From the NCBI GenBank assembly GCA_964016885.1, contig OZ024743.1, forward strand, positions 374,356,001 through 374,420,000: a stretch of DNA of 64,000 nucleotides. The letters run 5' to 3'. Positions 12,721 through 26,775 of this stretch are shown in pieces. Position numbers and translations under genes: made by a program. Within the stretch, counting starts at the first letter, position 1. Each line of letters starts with the position of its first letter. Source of the stretch: Eledone cirrhosa (Eukaryota). The notes beneath the pieces are model-generated. The model worked only from the letters and a program-made list of their open reading frames with translations, did not search any database and was not told the DNA's origin.

Positions 12721-13019
12721 CAATGGTTCTCAAAGTGGGAACTAATTCAATCCTGAGATACTGGAAGATATGGAGATGGGAGGAGGCATTGAGCAACAAG
12801 GAGTAGTAAGTGAGGAAAGGGGCAAATGATGCAAACAACTAGTTACCAGTAAGACTGTCACGATTAGTTATCCAATAAATGCTTAAATAAAATTATTAAA
12901 AAATAGAAAAAGTTAACTTTCAATGAAGAATTTTTTTTATCAATTTTACAGTAAGTGTCACTGCGGAAATATATTTTCTATACAACAGGCAGTAGACCAA
13001 AATAGTTTTAGAAACTTTG
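12721..13019. mobile_element. hAT (Charlie-like) MITE
   Basis: Imperfect TIRs CAATGGTTCTCAAA / TTTAGAAACTTTG; exact 8-bp TSD TTATAGAC at 12713-12720 and 13020-13027. Confidence 0.8.
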
Positions 13020-13614
13020 TTATAGACACATTATACTATACGTATATTATATATTCAACTGGATGTTAAATGAACTAACAAGAACAGACAGAAAACACAA
13101 CCCAAAATCCGACACAAAAAGATTATATTTACCACGAATATCAGAAGGCAGGGGCCTACTGTAGCTAGAAAATTATTAGAAAATATATAGTATGGGACTA
13201 CAAAAATAATCATGAATGGAAAATTGATACAGTTAGATGATGATGATGATGATGATGATAATGATGACGACGATGACAACGATGATATAATGTTCATTTA
13301 ATCTGTGTATGGAATGTGATTGAAAGTTACTGCCTGAAGCAGTCTCTGTTGTAAGACTTCTTGGCGGGACTTACATCTTTAGTTATTAGATTTCCTTCAA
13401 CAGAACTACAAATAAACCAAATGTAATAACACTGTCTTTTTTTGCGACTATTGTTGTTGTTATTATTGTTGTTGTCTTCCTTTGGAATTGTTATGTATGC
13501 AATGCTTTTCAGGTGTTTATTGTTATTGCATTATTATTTCATTATTGTTATTATTATCATTATTATTATGATTATTATTATTATTATTATTATTATTGGT
13601 GTTGTTGTTATTGC

Positions 13615-13651
<37 letters not shown>

Positions 13652-14530
13652 GGGTATGTTTTGTTGCTTGTGTGGTTGTAGTGGATACTTTTAGAAAGTT
13701 ATTTTATCATCATCATCATTATCAACATCATTATAAAGGGATTCAGCTGATCATACCGACCCCAGTACTTAATTTTTCAAGATTGGTACTTATTTAATCG
13801 ATATCTATTTGTCGAAGATGTAAACAAGCAATACAGACACAAAGACGGACACACATACACGCATGCGCATACATATATGTATGACCGGTTCTGCACAGTT
13901 TTCGTCCTTGAAATTTTACACAGAAAACTTGGTCAATACTATACTATAGTAGAAGACACTTGCAAAAGATGCCACACAGTGAGACCACACCCAATATTGC
14001 ATGGTTGGGAAACGAAATTTTTAAACATATAGAAATAGGTTAAATCGAATGCATAACGTATGAATATGTACATATATAAGTATAAAGAAAGTGCTCAAAC
14101 GCAGAAATGTTATAAAAATAACTTAGGGTGACGACCCTTAAAAGGAGGGAAAAGAAGTTGCCACCGGCCGCTATGAGGAATTGAACTCCATATCTTCCAC
14201 CCTATTTTATAAGCTATCTTTATATCTTTTCTGCGCTTGGGCACTTTCTTTTGACTTATATAGACAAACCAAAACAGAAACACAAACGCTCCATCTCAAT
14301 TTTACTTTTGAAAAACATAAGAACTGTGAAACTGGTAAAGTGAATATATAAATATTCTTAAAAGACTCCAGTTACATTTTCAATTTCTTTTCCATATATT
14401 TTCACCCGTGTAAGTCATCTCGTTCTTTTTTGTTTTCTGTTCTTTTCTAAAAAAAAACCCTCATTTTCTTATATATATAATAATAATAATAATAAAAATA
14501 ATAAAATGTGGAGAGGAAGCACACGAGTTA

Positions 14531-14616
<86 letters not shown>

Positions 14617-14791
14617 TTCAAGAGTAACCAATCTTAAAGAGAGAGATTGAGATAGTAGAGGAGATATGAGAGGAAAGATTGGTGAGTTAGTTAGAAGCCA
14701 AAGCGTAAAGGCATGTGCTCAATGTGCAATATGCAGTAGAAAGCAGCTAGGTGGCTGGGTTCATGCAGAGGTTAGGTGCACAGAGCTGGAA

Positions 14792-16041
14792 ATATTCATT
14801 AGTTAAGCAAAACAAGACCACAAATTTCACAAGGAAGACATTATTAAAAGATTGTCAATATATTTAGTTTGATGTAAGGAATGTAGAGAATAATAATAAT
14901 AATAATGTTAATAATAATAATGCCCATTTACAATTGTTTCGCTACTCCGTATAATATTTCTGGATCAGATGACTATGTATCATAATTGATCTGGTTCAGT
15001 TGAAAATAATTAACATATTTAAAAAAACAGAGTGGCTCATCGGAACTCAAAGGAATATAAATTAAAATAATGTTACATAATATAATGTTCCATATATTAG
15101 TTTTTACTATGGTGCCTTTTTTTCATCAGCTGTCAGCCATAATCAAGCAGTACTCATCTGTCGAGGCTGCATCGTATGAGATCTGCCTATGGGTAACAAG
15201 ATGGCTGCCAAAGGGCATATTTACCTTACTAATTAGAGGGTGGTTTCAGGGGTAGTAACTTCTCGAGAGATTAGAGATTGTGTGTATTTTATAGTTATGT
15301 GCTAGTATTTAAATTATTTAATTGAGAGACAATGTAGGGGAGGTAACTTATAATTATCGAGTTGTTCATAGCAATTTAACTTATTAGCTACAATTAGAGA
15401 TGGGGCTACATGACTAAGTTGGGTCAAACACTCTATTGGCGAAGGAATTAGCCCTTCGATGTTGACAGCTAATGGTTACCTCCGTTCTATCGTTAATTGG
15501 TAGAGGTCTTGATAGAGTTATGTAATATGCTTCCGTAACACAGAGATCACAAGATTTCCTTCGTCCATTGAACGGTTGGGCCCTAGCTACGATATCCCAT
15601 TTTAGTGAGTGTTGAACTTTGTTTAATTTAAGCAGCCATCTTGTTACCCATAGGCAGATCTCACACAATGCAGCCTCGACAGATGAGTACTGCTTGATTA
15701 TGGCTGACAGCTGATGAAACAAAGGCACCATAGTAAAAACTAATATATGGAACATTATATTATGTAACATTATTTTAATTTATATTCCTTTGAATTCCGA
15801 TGAGCCACTCTGTTTTTTTAAATATGTTAATTATTTTCAACTGAACCAGATCAATTATGATACATAGTCATCTGATCCAGAAATATTATACGGAGTAGCG
15901 AAACAATTGTAAACGGGCATTATTATTATTAATATTATTATTATAATTATTCTCTACATTCCTTTCATCAAACTAAATAAGTTGATAATCTTTTAATAAT
16001 GTCTTCCTTGTGAAATTTGTGGTCTTGCTTTGCTTAACTAA

Positions 16042-16047
<6 letters not shown>
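14792..16047 (-). mobile_element. 5'-truncated PLE: GIY-YIG C-terminus between ~415-bp inverted repeats (14792-15208 and 15632-16047)
   Basis: LKWDIVARAQPFNGRRKSCDLCVTEAYYI..NDRTEVTISCQH at 15414-15630; arms are reverse complements; (TA)n at the right end. Confidence 0.82.
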
Positions 16048-16114
<67 letters not shown>

Positions 16115-16207
16115 CGAAGGAAAAGTGGTAAGGAACCAGGTGGACCATAACGCACCAAAGTACTCAAGACTTAGGGTAGTAGAGTGGGTAATAGGAACAA
16201 GTAAGTT

Positions 16208-16282
<75 letters not shown>

Positions 16283-17418
16283 ACAGGGAGAAAGAGACGA
16301 TTATTAGGAAGAAAAATATATTTTTTTCCTTTTTTGTTTCTCTTTCTCTCTTTTTTCTGGGTTAGAAAATGATTAAAACGAAATGTTTTACTTTGTGTGA
16401 AGTGTTAAGGTATTAGTTGATTTATTTATTATTTAACAATGGCATTTATTTATCTATTTATCTATTTAATTATTGTCTATTACTGGTTTCAGCATTTTTA
16501 TGCATTATCAAATGATAGTGAAATGTATTAGTGTGGTGTCGCACATGATAAACGAAAGGTGCAGAAAGAATAATGTTATTTACAAACAAGGTTTATGAAG
16601 TGAAAAGAAAAAAGAAAAAGGAAAAAAAGTGCATAATATAGAGCATAAAAGTCAATGTGGAAGAAAAAATAATGTTATTTACAGGCATAGTTATTGAAGT
16701 TAAGCAGATCAACATGTGTTAATGTAGCAAGAGTGCTTAGATGATCCATGATTCCATGATGGAGGCAAATGGTGGGCTGAGGTTTGATATGATTTCCCTT
16801 TTTAGAGAGTTAATATGCAGGGGGAAGCAATTCTTGCTGCATGATATTTAATTTATTTAAGAAAAAGGATTAGGTTATTTATCTATTTATATATATGTAT
16901 ATTATATATGTGTATATTATATATATGTATATATATATGCATATATATTTTATGTATATATATATGTATATTATATATATATACATACATACATACATAC
17001 ATATATATATATATAAGCTAAATGAACAATAATAACGCCTAGGGGTATTACTTCTACTACCACTATGACCACGACCACTAACAACAACAACAACAACAAC
17101 AACAACAATAATAATAATAATAATAAAAGTGATGTTGATGGTGATGATTAATAGAAAATGCTATTTTCATCATTTCAAAAAGCAAAACAATTGATACGTT
17201 GGATATGACTATTGGTCGTTAGCATGCTCAACCAGCCGTGACGCTTAAACCAATCAGCTGTAGTAATTCAGTGAAACTACACACTGATTGGTCGAAATAC
17301 AGTTTACAGGGCTTTGCATTCTGGAGCCACTTTTCTCTGTATAAAATGTATAAAAGGTAGGAAATTTACCCATCTCATTACAGTTGAAAATTGCAAACTC
17401 GACTGTCACCACATATCA

Positions 17419-17457
17419 TGAACCTGAAGATTGCGAAAGCATGAAAGTACTTGTTCA
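17419..17457 (+). ncRNA. Intact minimal hammerhead ribozyme motif
   Basis: TGAAC-CTGAAGA-TTGC(GAAA)GCAT-GAAA-GTAC-TT-GTTCA: 5-bp stem I, palindromic stem III. Confidence 0.8.
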
Positions 17458-17571
17458 ATTAACACTTAGAATTTAATATTCTATCATACTATTTCATTAT
17501 AATACCATTATATATATTTTAAAGGATTGTAAATAAAACGAGTAAATCAGACAAAGTTGGAATTCCTCTTA

Positions 17572-17623
<52 letters not shown>

Positions 17624-17813
17624 CAAAAGGGATATCCAAGAAAAACTTGAACCGTTAAGGTATCTTTTCTTGGTTATGTCAACATTTATAAAACTAACTT
17701 TGTATTTTATCTGATGAGGCGTACCAAAGGTTTTGGTACCCTTAAAATATATATAATAGAATAAATATGGTTTTATAAATATAGTTTCTATTTATTTAAT
17801 ATATATGTATATA

Positions 17814-17881
<68 letters not shown>

Positions 17882-17938
17882 AGCGAATTATAAACGTAAA
17901 CATGTAAGTATGTTTTTGAAACGGTGCGCGAGTTTGAA

Positions 17939-18170
17939 ATTAGAAATTAGAAATTATAAGCTTTCACCGTATTTTAGACTAAAGAAATTTCTAGCCTGAT
18001 AGTGAGGTTTATAACCCTCGGAGAAATGGAAAAAGATGAGTGTTGCCGTACATGAGTGTTGCCATGTACGGCAACACTCATCTTTTTCCATTTCTCCGAG
18101 GGTTATAAAACCCACTATCAGGCTAGAAATTTCTTTAGTCTAAAATACGGTGAAAGCTTATAATTTCTAA

Positions 18171-18178
<8 letters not shown>
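17939..18178. repeat. Near-perfect 116-bp hairpin with 8-nt spacer between (TA)n tracts
   Basis: 17939-18054 is the reverse complement of 18063-18178. Confidence 0.92.
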
Positions 18179-18211
<33 letters not shown>

Positions 18212-18215
18212 ACTA

Positions 18216-18300
<85 letters not shown>

Positions 18301-18561
18301 ATACTTGGGGAGGGTCATATTTGTGTAATATTGCCAGAATTAATAACAGAACACACTCACTGTTTGGTTGGTTTTCGCTTCTCGCTTCTGTGTCTTTTAT
18401 ATCAGTAATCTAACTTACTCGGTCCTCAATGTTGCCATTGACTGACCGACGGTCAAAAATAATACAGATACAATATAGACACAAACACATATATATAGTT
18501 TATCATAAATCTTTCGTTGCAAAACTAATTCATCGCCGCTATATATATATATATATAACTA

Positions 18562-18629
<68 letters not shown>

Positions 18630-18641
18630 CAATGATATTAA

Positions 18642-18715
<74 letters not shown>

Positions 18716-18720
<5 letters not shown>

Positions 18721-18970
18721 GACAGGGGGGGAAGAAAAAAATGGCTTCACTTGTGCTTTCAACAAATTTATTTTCTTCACAAAATCCCAAAAGAATTTTT
18801 TTTTCCGGATTAGAAAAAATTTTCTAAAAAAAAATTTTTTTTATAAATTAAGTTGTTTTTTAATAAAATTTTTTCTAATCCGGAAAAAAATTCTTTTTGG
18901 ATTTTGTGAAGAAAATAAATTTGTTGAAAGCACAAGTGAAGCCATTTTTTTCTTCCCCGCTGTCTTAATA
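18716..18970. mobile_element. Palindromic MITE-like element
   Basis: ~115-bp arms tattaagacagggggggaagaaaaaaatggc.. / ..gccatttttttcttccccgctgtcttaata. Confidence 0.75.
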
Positions 18971-20304
18971 TACCTAACTGTACCAAGGATTACACACATT
19001 TTCCAATATATATATATATATAATTACATATGTGTGTATATATATATATATATATATGTATACACAGACACACATACTCTCAGCGCTTCAAAAGCCGAAA
19101 ATTCAGCTTCGTACATTGTTCGTACGAATATCATTATGAATATGGGTGAGGGTTGTAGATTATCAGGGTCGTTAGAACGTCGGAGAAATGCTTAACAATT
19201 CTACTAATTCACTACCCGTAAATAGTAGTGGAATAAGTTGGGTAAATTACCCGTGGAGAAAGAAAGAGATGCCTGCGGGAATCGAACAACGCATTTCTCG
19301 TATGTTCGACGAGCGTAATGAGCCATTACACTAAAGTACAACTGACCAGCCACGTGTGAAATATTGGCAAAGCTAAAGTGTAGGAGGAGGCAAATGAAGA
19401 GTTGTCTGTCCTTATTTGTATAGCCGTTATCATAAACGATAGTTTGTATTAGTCTTGGCTGAATGAACATTATTAATAAAAGATAACCTATTGACGCTTC
19501 AATGCTTTTTGATTGTTGCTATGGAGTTTAAGGCTTTCTTTGCGCTAACTTTATTAATACATGGAATGAATGGATATAAAGAAAAGAAGGGAAAAGAAGC
19601 CGAACGTCTGTAGAAAGCAAGGAAACCATGTTTCCATTAGTCTTTCCATTGCCAATGTTATCTGCCGGTAGCAACCATTAACAGAAATATCACAGCTTTT
19701 TCGGTGACAACAGGCGGGAATTGATTTCAGAATGCACAGAGCCGTAACACATACCGCAAAACAACTCCTTTAATTCTTTAATAATTCCACGAATCCACCG
19801 CTCATGTTACTGGTACTTTATTTATCGATCATGACGGGATTTAAACCCAGAACGTAGACAGCATCAAGAAATCCGAGACATTTAATCCGAGGCTCTAATT
19901 ACTCGCCGGGCATGAGTCGAGTTTTAAAGACTGAAATTTCCGCGTCGGTGTTGTAAATTCAAATTGACGAATTGGCAGAGTCGCTAGGGTGTGGGATTAA
20001 GTTAGCTAGGTATTTGATCTGTACTGGTTCGGATGCAGCATGTCACGAGTGGTTAAGCTCAAATCACGTCAAGGTTCAATTTCCATTTTATACTTTCTAG
20101 ATTTGTAAATAAAGTTCCAGTCCAATACTGAAGTCGATCCTCCGTCTCCTCTCTTTCCCCTGGAAGAAAGCAGCTGTGTTCAGATCTGGAGAGGGATAGA
20201 CTTCGCCTAGTTTAAAATACCCAAGGCACACCATGCACCAAGACGGTACCCCTACTACTCCATCGAAAGTTAAGGGCCCTTTGCTTATTGTAACATCAGA
20301 GCAA

Positions 20305-20610
20305 AGACGCCTGATTTAGTAGTTAAGGTATTCGGTTCACAATCGTAAGGTCGTGAGGTCGATTCCTGGCGGCACATTTTGTCTTTGAATAAAACACTTT
20401 ATTTCATACTACTCCAGTCAATTCAATAATGAGTTGTCAAGGCAATTGAATGTTCCAGCTTTGTCACATATTTTATTACATTGACTCTCCGTGACAACTA
20501 CGTTAGGGGCACACATGTCTTTCGAATGCTCAGCCAGTTGCAAGTTAATTTCACGGGCAGACTGTACCGTTGATTGCATTAGTTGGAACACTGGTGGTCG
20601 GCACTGATGT
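20305..20610 (+). mobile_element. tRNA-derived SINE family 2 (diverged)
   Basis: Homologous to 47017-47340. Confidence 0.7.
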
Positions 20611-20924
20611 AGGAGCAGCACATATTGTAACCTTAGTCTGGATTGATCACATTAGACAGACCCTAGACAAATATCAAGACACACACAGGTTAGTCATCTC
20701 TAGATGTAAATGATCTTACGTCGGTTTCAGCGATGAGTAATATAGTTGTTTAATCATCAGAAAGTCCTTCTCGTAAAATTAACGTGAAAGTGGCTGAGCA
20801 TTCCTCTGACACGTGTATCCCTTAATGTATTTTTCTGGGGAGATTCAGAGTGACAGCGTGTGACATGGTTGACCTTTTGAATTACAGGCACAGTTCATCT
20901 AATGGCCCCCAAATACTTTCTGTC

Positions 20925-21270
20925 TACTCTCGGGTCTCGAATAATGCCCTCCCTCACCACTTATTAATTTTTCTGACCCCACCTCCTCATTAAATGTTGC
21001 TAATCTATCTCCAGCCAAATTTTATTTTAAGTGGTAGCATTCCTGCGACAATTAATTATCGTTATACATTCAAAAACATTAAACATGACAAAGAAGTACA
21101 TTACTAGAAATCCCATACGTTATAAAATAAATAGGATGGGTTGGGGTCTCAATATGTAAACTAAACGACTAATTCTGGTTAAAAAAAAAAAATCAACGGA
21201 GACAACCTAGGAAAACGACCAATTTTCCACCCATCCCACCCCACCCCCTATTATTTGGGCCCCGAAAGTA
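20925..21270. mobile_element. TA-flanked MITE
   Basis: TIRs TACTCTCGGGTCTCGAATAAT / ATTATTTGGGCCCCGAAAGTA. Confidence 0.6.
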
Positions 21271-21399
21271 CCCATAAAATATGGTAAATGACTCCTTTCT
21301 AAGGTGGCAGGTAGTGGGATCGAATCTGGCACGTAACGATTGCGAAGTGAACTTCTTAACTATTCGAGACATGGTGCATTTCATTGACCTTGTAACTTA

Positions 21400-22985
21400 C
21401 AATGTAAGGATGATAAAATAAAGTACCAGTAACACATAGGGACCAATTTAATCGAATTTCTCGCCCTCAAATCTGTTGGCCTTGTGCCAAAATAAGAAAC
21501 CAATATTAGTGTATGGTAGGGTGATGGATTGACAGTATCGATAGAGCGTCGGACAATATGCTTTGAAATATTTAGTTAGGATTTTCTACGTTCTGAGTTC
21601 AAATCCTACTCTGGTCAACTTTGTCTTTCATTCACCTAGGGTCAATAAAATAGAGCATCAGTTAAGTACATGGGTTTAATATATTTAACTTTGACCTTTC
21701 TCCAAATACTTGGCCATGTACTAATGGTAGAAAGAATTATTACTAAAGTATGGCGCATCAAGTGCTGGAGGGAGGGGGGGGGCAGGCAATATAATCAACT
21801 TTCCCAAATTTGTGGCTTTGTGCATATGTTTGAAACCATTATCTCAGAAGTTTTTCTACCACAACATTCACATAAAAAAAACTTACTTCTATACACATTT
21901 TACTGTTTACCATCGTAAAGTAGAAACAGTTATTTATCAGAATATGGAGAGTGTCCCTATTTCTCTTACTCAAACACACTTTTATTTTACCCCTCCCCCC
22001 ACCCACGCTATTTCTCTGTCTGTCAGTAGGAGTAGTGTGACAAACACCTCTTCCCTAAATCCACCTCCATTTCACTTCTATTGCTATTCATTCATTATTT
22101 ATTTATAGCTTGATAGACTTCTATATCTACACTATCTCCTTACCGTAACAGCAAATAAATACACACTGTCAATTATTATGCGTGAATTATTCATTGTTAT
22201 TTTTTTCCGTAATATTCCCTCCATTGTTGCTCTTGTGGCAAATAATGAAATAATAATAATAATAGTTGGGCACTAGATTGGCAGAATCGGTAGAGCGTCG
22301 GATAATATGCTTTGCAGCATAGGATTACTGCCCTTTACGGTCTGAGTTCAAATCCCACCGAGGTTAGCTTTGTTTTTCATCCTTACGGGTTAGATAAAAT
22401 AAAGCACCAGTAATGCACTGGGGTCGATTTAATTTATTTTGCCCTCCCCCAAATTGTTGGCCTTGAGCCTAAATCAAAAACCATTATAATTATTTTAAGT
22501 TGTTGTTGTTGTTGCTGCTGCTGCTGCTGCTGTGGTAGTGGTGGTGGTGGTGGAGTGGTGGGTTGGCAGGACCCTTCCAGTGTCGGAAATAAATTCCTCG
22601 CGGTATTTGTTTAGAGCTCTTTACGTTCTGCATTCAAACAGTGCTGAGGTTGTTATGGCCGTTTATCCCCTACCGGAATCGATTTGATAAAATAATGAAC
22701 CAGTCAAGTTCTGGGGGTCAATTTTATCGATTTTCACCAGCCCACCCCCACGCACACCAAAAGGATTGCTGGACTTGTGCCAAATTTAAAAACCATTATT
22801 GGCAGTATCGGTAGAAGGTGGGACGCCCTGCTTTGACGCATAGAGTTACGGCCCTTGCCATTCTGAGTTCAAATCCCGCCGAGGTTGACTTTGCCTTTCA
22901 TCCTTACGGGGTCAATAAAATAAAGTACCAGTAATGCACTGGGTATTTGCTGGCCTTGTGCTAAAAAGTAGAAACAATTATTATT
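21400..22985 (+). mobile_element. Cluster of SINE family 1 copies (~21515-21745, 22265-22490, 22555-22800, 22800-22985)
   Basis: A-box tggcagaatcggtag, B-box gagttcaaatccc, core ttgcctttcatccttacggggtc, end ggccttgtgc..agaaac(attatt). Confidence 0.82.
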
Positions 22986-23429
22986 GTTGTTGTAATTGTT
23001 GTTGTAACTTTATCGACGATCTTATTTACTTGTTATTGTTGTTATTGCTCGCTTACTCCCCCTCCTCTTCCTCCTCCCCCCTTCTTCCTCCTCTACCTCC
23101 TCCTCCTCATCTTCCTTATCCTCATCATCCTCCTACTCCACACCACTCCTCCTACACATCTTTCTTCCTCCGCTGCTCCTTCTACTACTCTGCCTAACCC
23201 CCCCTCCTCCTCCCATCGATTCCCTTAACGATGTGTGATTTTCTTCTAACGATGTGACAATTTTACAAACAGCTTGCTGTCGCTCCATTGATTCAGCTAG
23301 TATTTCATGTAAAACATTAAACAATCGACCATCGATCTGCTTAATCAATATTGTTCATTGAATTTTGTCATTTATTTTTTCGTCTTTAGTTGAACTTGAA
23401 TACCGATGAACATGAAAGAGAATCCATTA

Positions 23430-24470
23430 TACCATCTCTCTCACTCTCTTTCTCTCTCCCCCTCTCTCTCTTTCTACCCTCCACCACTCTCTCTTTTTCT
23501 CTTCCTCCATCTCTCGCTTTTTCACTCTCTCACTCTCTTTTTCTTCCCCCTCTTTCTTTCTCCCCCTCTCCCTCTTTTTCTTCCCGCCATCTCTCTCTGT
23601 TTCTCTGTCTCACTCTCTTTTTCTCCCCCCTCTCTTTTTCCCCCTCTCTCTTTTTCTCCCCTCCATCACTCACTGTTTCTCACTCTCACTCTCTTTTTCT
23701 CCTCCCTCTCTCTCTCATTCTACCATCTCTCTCTCTTTCTCCCCCTCTCTTTCTTTTTCTCTTCCCCCTCTCTCTCTTTTTCACCCCTATCTTCCCCTTT
23801 CTCCCTTCTCTCTTTTTTTCTCTCTCACTCTGTTTCTCTCTATCTTTTCTACCTCTCCATCACTCTCTCTTTTTCTCTCACACTCTTATCCCCCCACTCT
23901 CCTTTTCCTCCCCTCTCTTTTTCTGCTCTCTCACTTTCGATCTTTTTCTTTCTCTCAGTTGTTTTATCTTTCGAGCTTCTCTTTCACCCTCTCTCGCACA
24001 TCCTACCACCACTCTCACTCCTCTTTATCTCTCCCTTGTCCCTCTCCCACCCTCATCGTTTTCCATATCCCCCTTCTCTTTTCCCTCACAAACTCTCTTC
24101 TCTTTCTTTTTCTCCCTGCTCTCTCTCCTCTTTCTCTCTGTTCTTTCATCTTTCGAAGTTTCTCTTTCCATCTCACTTCCTCATCTCTCCTCCCTCTCAA
24201 CACCTCTCCTCCACTCTTTCTCCTCTCCCCTTCGTAACCACCTTTCTCTTTCTTCTCCCTCTCCTCGCAACTCCCTTCTTCCCTTCATCTCTCCCCTACC
24301 TTATCCCACTTTTCCTCTCACCACTCCACCATCTCCCCTCTCTCTTGTTTCATCTTTTAAACTCTCCTTTTCTCCCCTTCGTTCTCTACCTCTCCCTCTG
24401 TCTCTTATAATTCTATCTGTGCAACTCTATTTTGTTTTATCTTTCTGACTGCCGCATCTCTCTCTCTCCC
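23430..24470. repeat. Polypyrimidine (CT-rich) low-complexity tract
   Basis: Direct inspection. Confidence 0.9.
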
Positions 24471-24604
24471 TGTGTGTGTATATAGTTATATATATACATT
24501 ATATATATATAAATATATATAATGTATATATATAACTATATATATAACTATATATATATAACTATATATATAACTATATATATAATGTATATATATAACT
24601 ATAT

Positions 24605-24800
24605 ATATAATTGTTTCTACTTTTGGCACAAGGCCAGAAATTACCCAGTACATTACAAGTTCTTTATTTTATCGACCCCGTAAGGATGAAAGGCAAAGTT
24701 AACCTTGGCGCGATTTGAACGCAGAATGGCAAGGGGCGTAACTCTATGCGTCAAAGCATAGTGTCAGACCCTCTACCGATACTGCCACCCCATCGCCATA
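24605..24800 (-). mobile_element. SINE family 1
   Basis: Full reverse-strand copy. Confidence 0.85.
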
Positions 24801-24832
24801 ACTATATATATAATGTATATATATAACTATAC

Positions 24833-25065
<233 letters not shown>

Positions 25066-25221
25066 GGAGGTGAGTTTTATTGTAGTACAATAAAGCAATG
25101 CAGATATCGGATAAGTAGCACTCTACAGTTTGTAGGACTGGAGTATACATAATATATTGAAGTTTTAAATCAAAAACTGCACTATTCACAAGTGTTTTTT
25201 AACCTTCATATCATGTCTTCC

Positions 25222-25292
25222 TATTTTATCTGATGAAAACACAAATATTATTGCATGATGATATTTGTTTTTGAAATGCGCATAATAAAATA
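25222..25292 (+). ncRNA. Intact minimal hammerhead ribozyme motif in a ~260-bp island between (TA)n tracts
   Basis: TATTTTAT-CTGATGA-long stem II-GAAA-TGCGCA-TA-ATAAAATA: perfect 8-bp stem I, palindromic stem III. Confidence 0.85.
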
Positions 25293-25322
25293 CACGGAAC
25301 TCTCTTAACCATCTTTTGATCT

Positions 25323-25362
<40 letters not shown>

Positions 25363-25884
25363 CGTTTCTGAATTTGTTTAGCAAGATTCTTTATCTGAAA
25401 TCGTGTGTTGAAACCGATATTGTTATACTTTGGGAGGGTCATGTTGCCAATAAGAAACACACGCACCAGTTGCTTTCACTTCAATTTATTATATATTTAT
25501 AAATTTATAAATTTACAAATTTACAAACCTATAAATTTCTGGTTGGTTGGTTGGTTCCACAACCAGATAGTTGTTTATATATAGTCATAGTCCTTTCGTC
25601 ACACACTCTGTGACCTCTTCAGTGACTGGGGATTCCTTTCTTCGTTTCTGTGCCTTTCCTTTCTTCTATCCTACGCCATTTTGTTTCTGTGTGTGTGTTG
25701 TGTGCTCAGTTTGCGCATGCGCCACATCCGGGTGTCTGTGTGTGTTTGTGTTCATTTGTCTATTTGTTTATTTATTTATTTATTTATTGTTGGTTGGTTG
25801 TTTGTTCTATGTGTGTGTGTGTTTTCATTTTGTCCTTAATTGTAAGTTGTTTGTTCTATGTGTGTGTGTGTTTTCATTTTGTCC

Positions 25885-26775
25885 TTAATTGTAAGTTGTG
25901 ATGTTGCTGTTCCACTCATATTTTCTATTTAATTTTGGTTTTAATTCTTTTATGCTTACTGCCTCTGTAATTTGCCTAAACATTGCGTCTTTTCTGTGTG
26001 TGGATTCTATTTTTATTTCTATGCTCTCTAATCTACCCCTGTGTTCTATCTTAGCATGTTGGTAGAGCACAGATGATTCTTTATTATCTTGGAGGTCTCG
26101 CCAGTGTTCATTTATTCGTTCCCCTATACTACGAGCTGTCTCACCTATGTACACTATATTTTTGTTTCTACATTGTCCTTCAGTACATCTTATGCTATAC
26201 ACTACATTTCTAGTTTTACAGTTAATATGGGGGCTTATTTTACAGGTTATACATTTCTTATCTATACATGAGGGTCTTTGGAACGGGTATGTCTTGCTAA
26301 TAAGTGTTTTTACGGAGGTACCAGGTCTTTCTACTATCTTAATATTGAGATTATGTTTCTTTAGGGCCCTTCTAAATTTGTAGGCTAGTTCGCCTCTAGG
26401 GGTTGTATTGATGAACATTACACTCTGGTATTTATTGCTATCATACCATGAGTTTATTCTATTGGCCTTGTTCCTAGTTCTTTCTATTCTATTCCAAAAT
26501 TTGCTCCTATACGAGGGGCAGGTCCCATTTATGTCATTATTTACCATTTTTTCCCATTTGGTTCTGGCTCCTTTATACACTCTGATTCTATCTCTCTGAT
26601 TGTAGCCAGAGAACTGCATACGGTGGATGAAGTGTTGTATGTGTCTCTCTAGTTCTTCGGGGTTGCACATGCGGGACATATTTCTCATCACCCGTACCAA
26701 ATCCGCAATCAGTATGTTGATTTTGGTATGGTCCGAAATGGCCGAGTTTCGGTGGATCAGATGTTTGGAAGTCAT
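25885..26775 (-). CDS. PLE RT thumb + Cys-rich linker + GIY-YIG endonuclease (partial; clade tentatively Naiad-like)
   Basis: HYAKPMTS..SAIS..DLVRVMRNMS, FSGY, CIDKKCITC..NCKTRNVVYSIRC..VYIGETARSIGERINEH..EAVSI..LN. Confidence 0.88.
   Translation of the reverse strand: MTSKHLIHRNSAISDHTKINILIADLVRVMRNMSRMCNPEELERHIQHFIHRMQFSGYNQRDRIRVYKGARTKWEKMVNNDINGTCPSYRSKFWNRIERTRNKANRINSWYDSNKYQSVMFINTTPRGELAYKFRRALKKHNLNIKIVERPGTSVKTLISKTYPFQRPSCIDKKCITCKISPHINCKTRNVVYSIRCTEGQCRNKNIVYIGETARSIGERINEHWRDLQDNKESSVLYQHAKIEHRGRLESIEIKIESTHRKDAMFRQITEAVSIKELKPKLNRKYEWNSNITTYN

Noticed and set aside
20155-20285. Motif shared with ~49625-49735 (aagcagctgtgttcaga..acggt.cccct)
   Set aside because: Probably an old dispersed repeat; too diverged to classify
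23133-23348. 71-aa minus-strand ORF
   Set aside because: Non-ATG start, runs into a low-complexity tract, no family recognised
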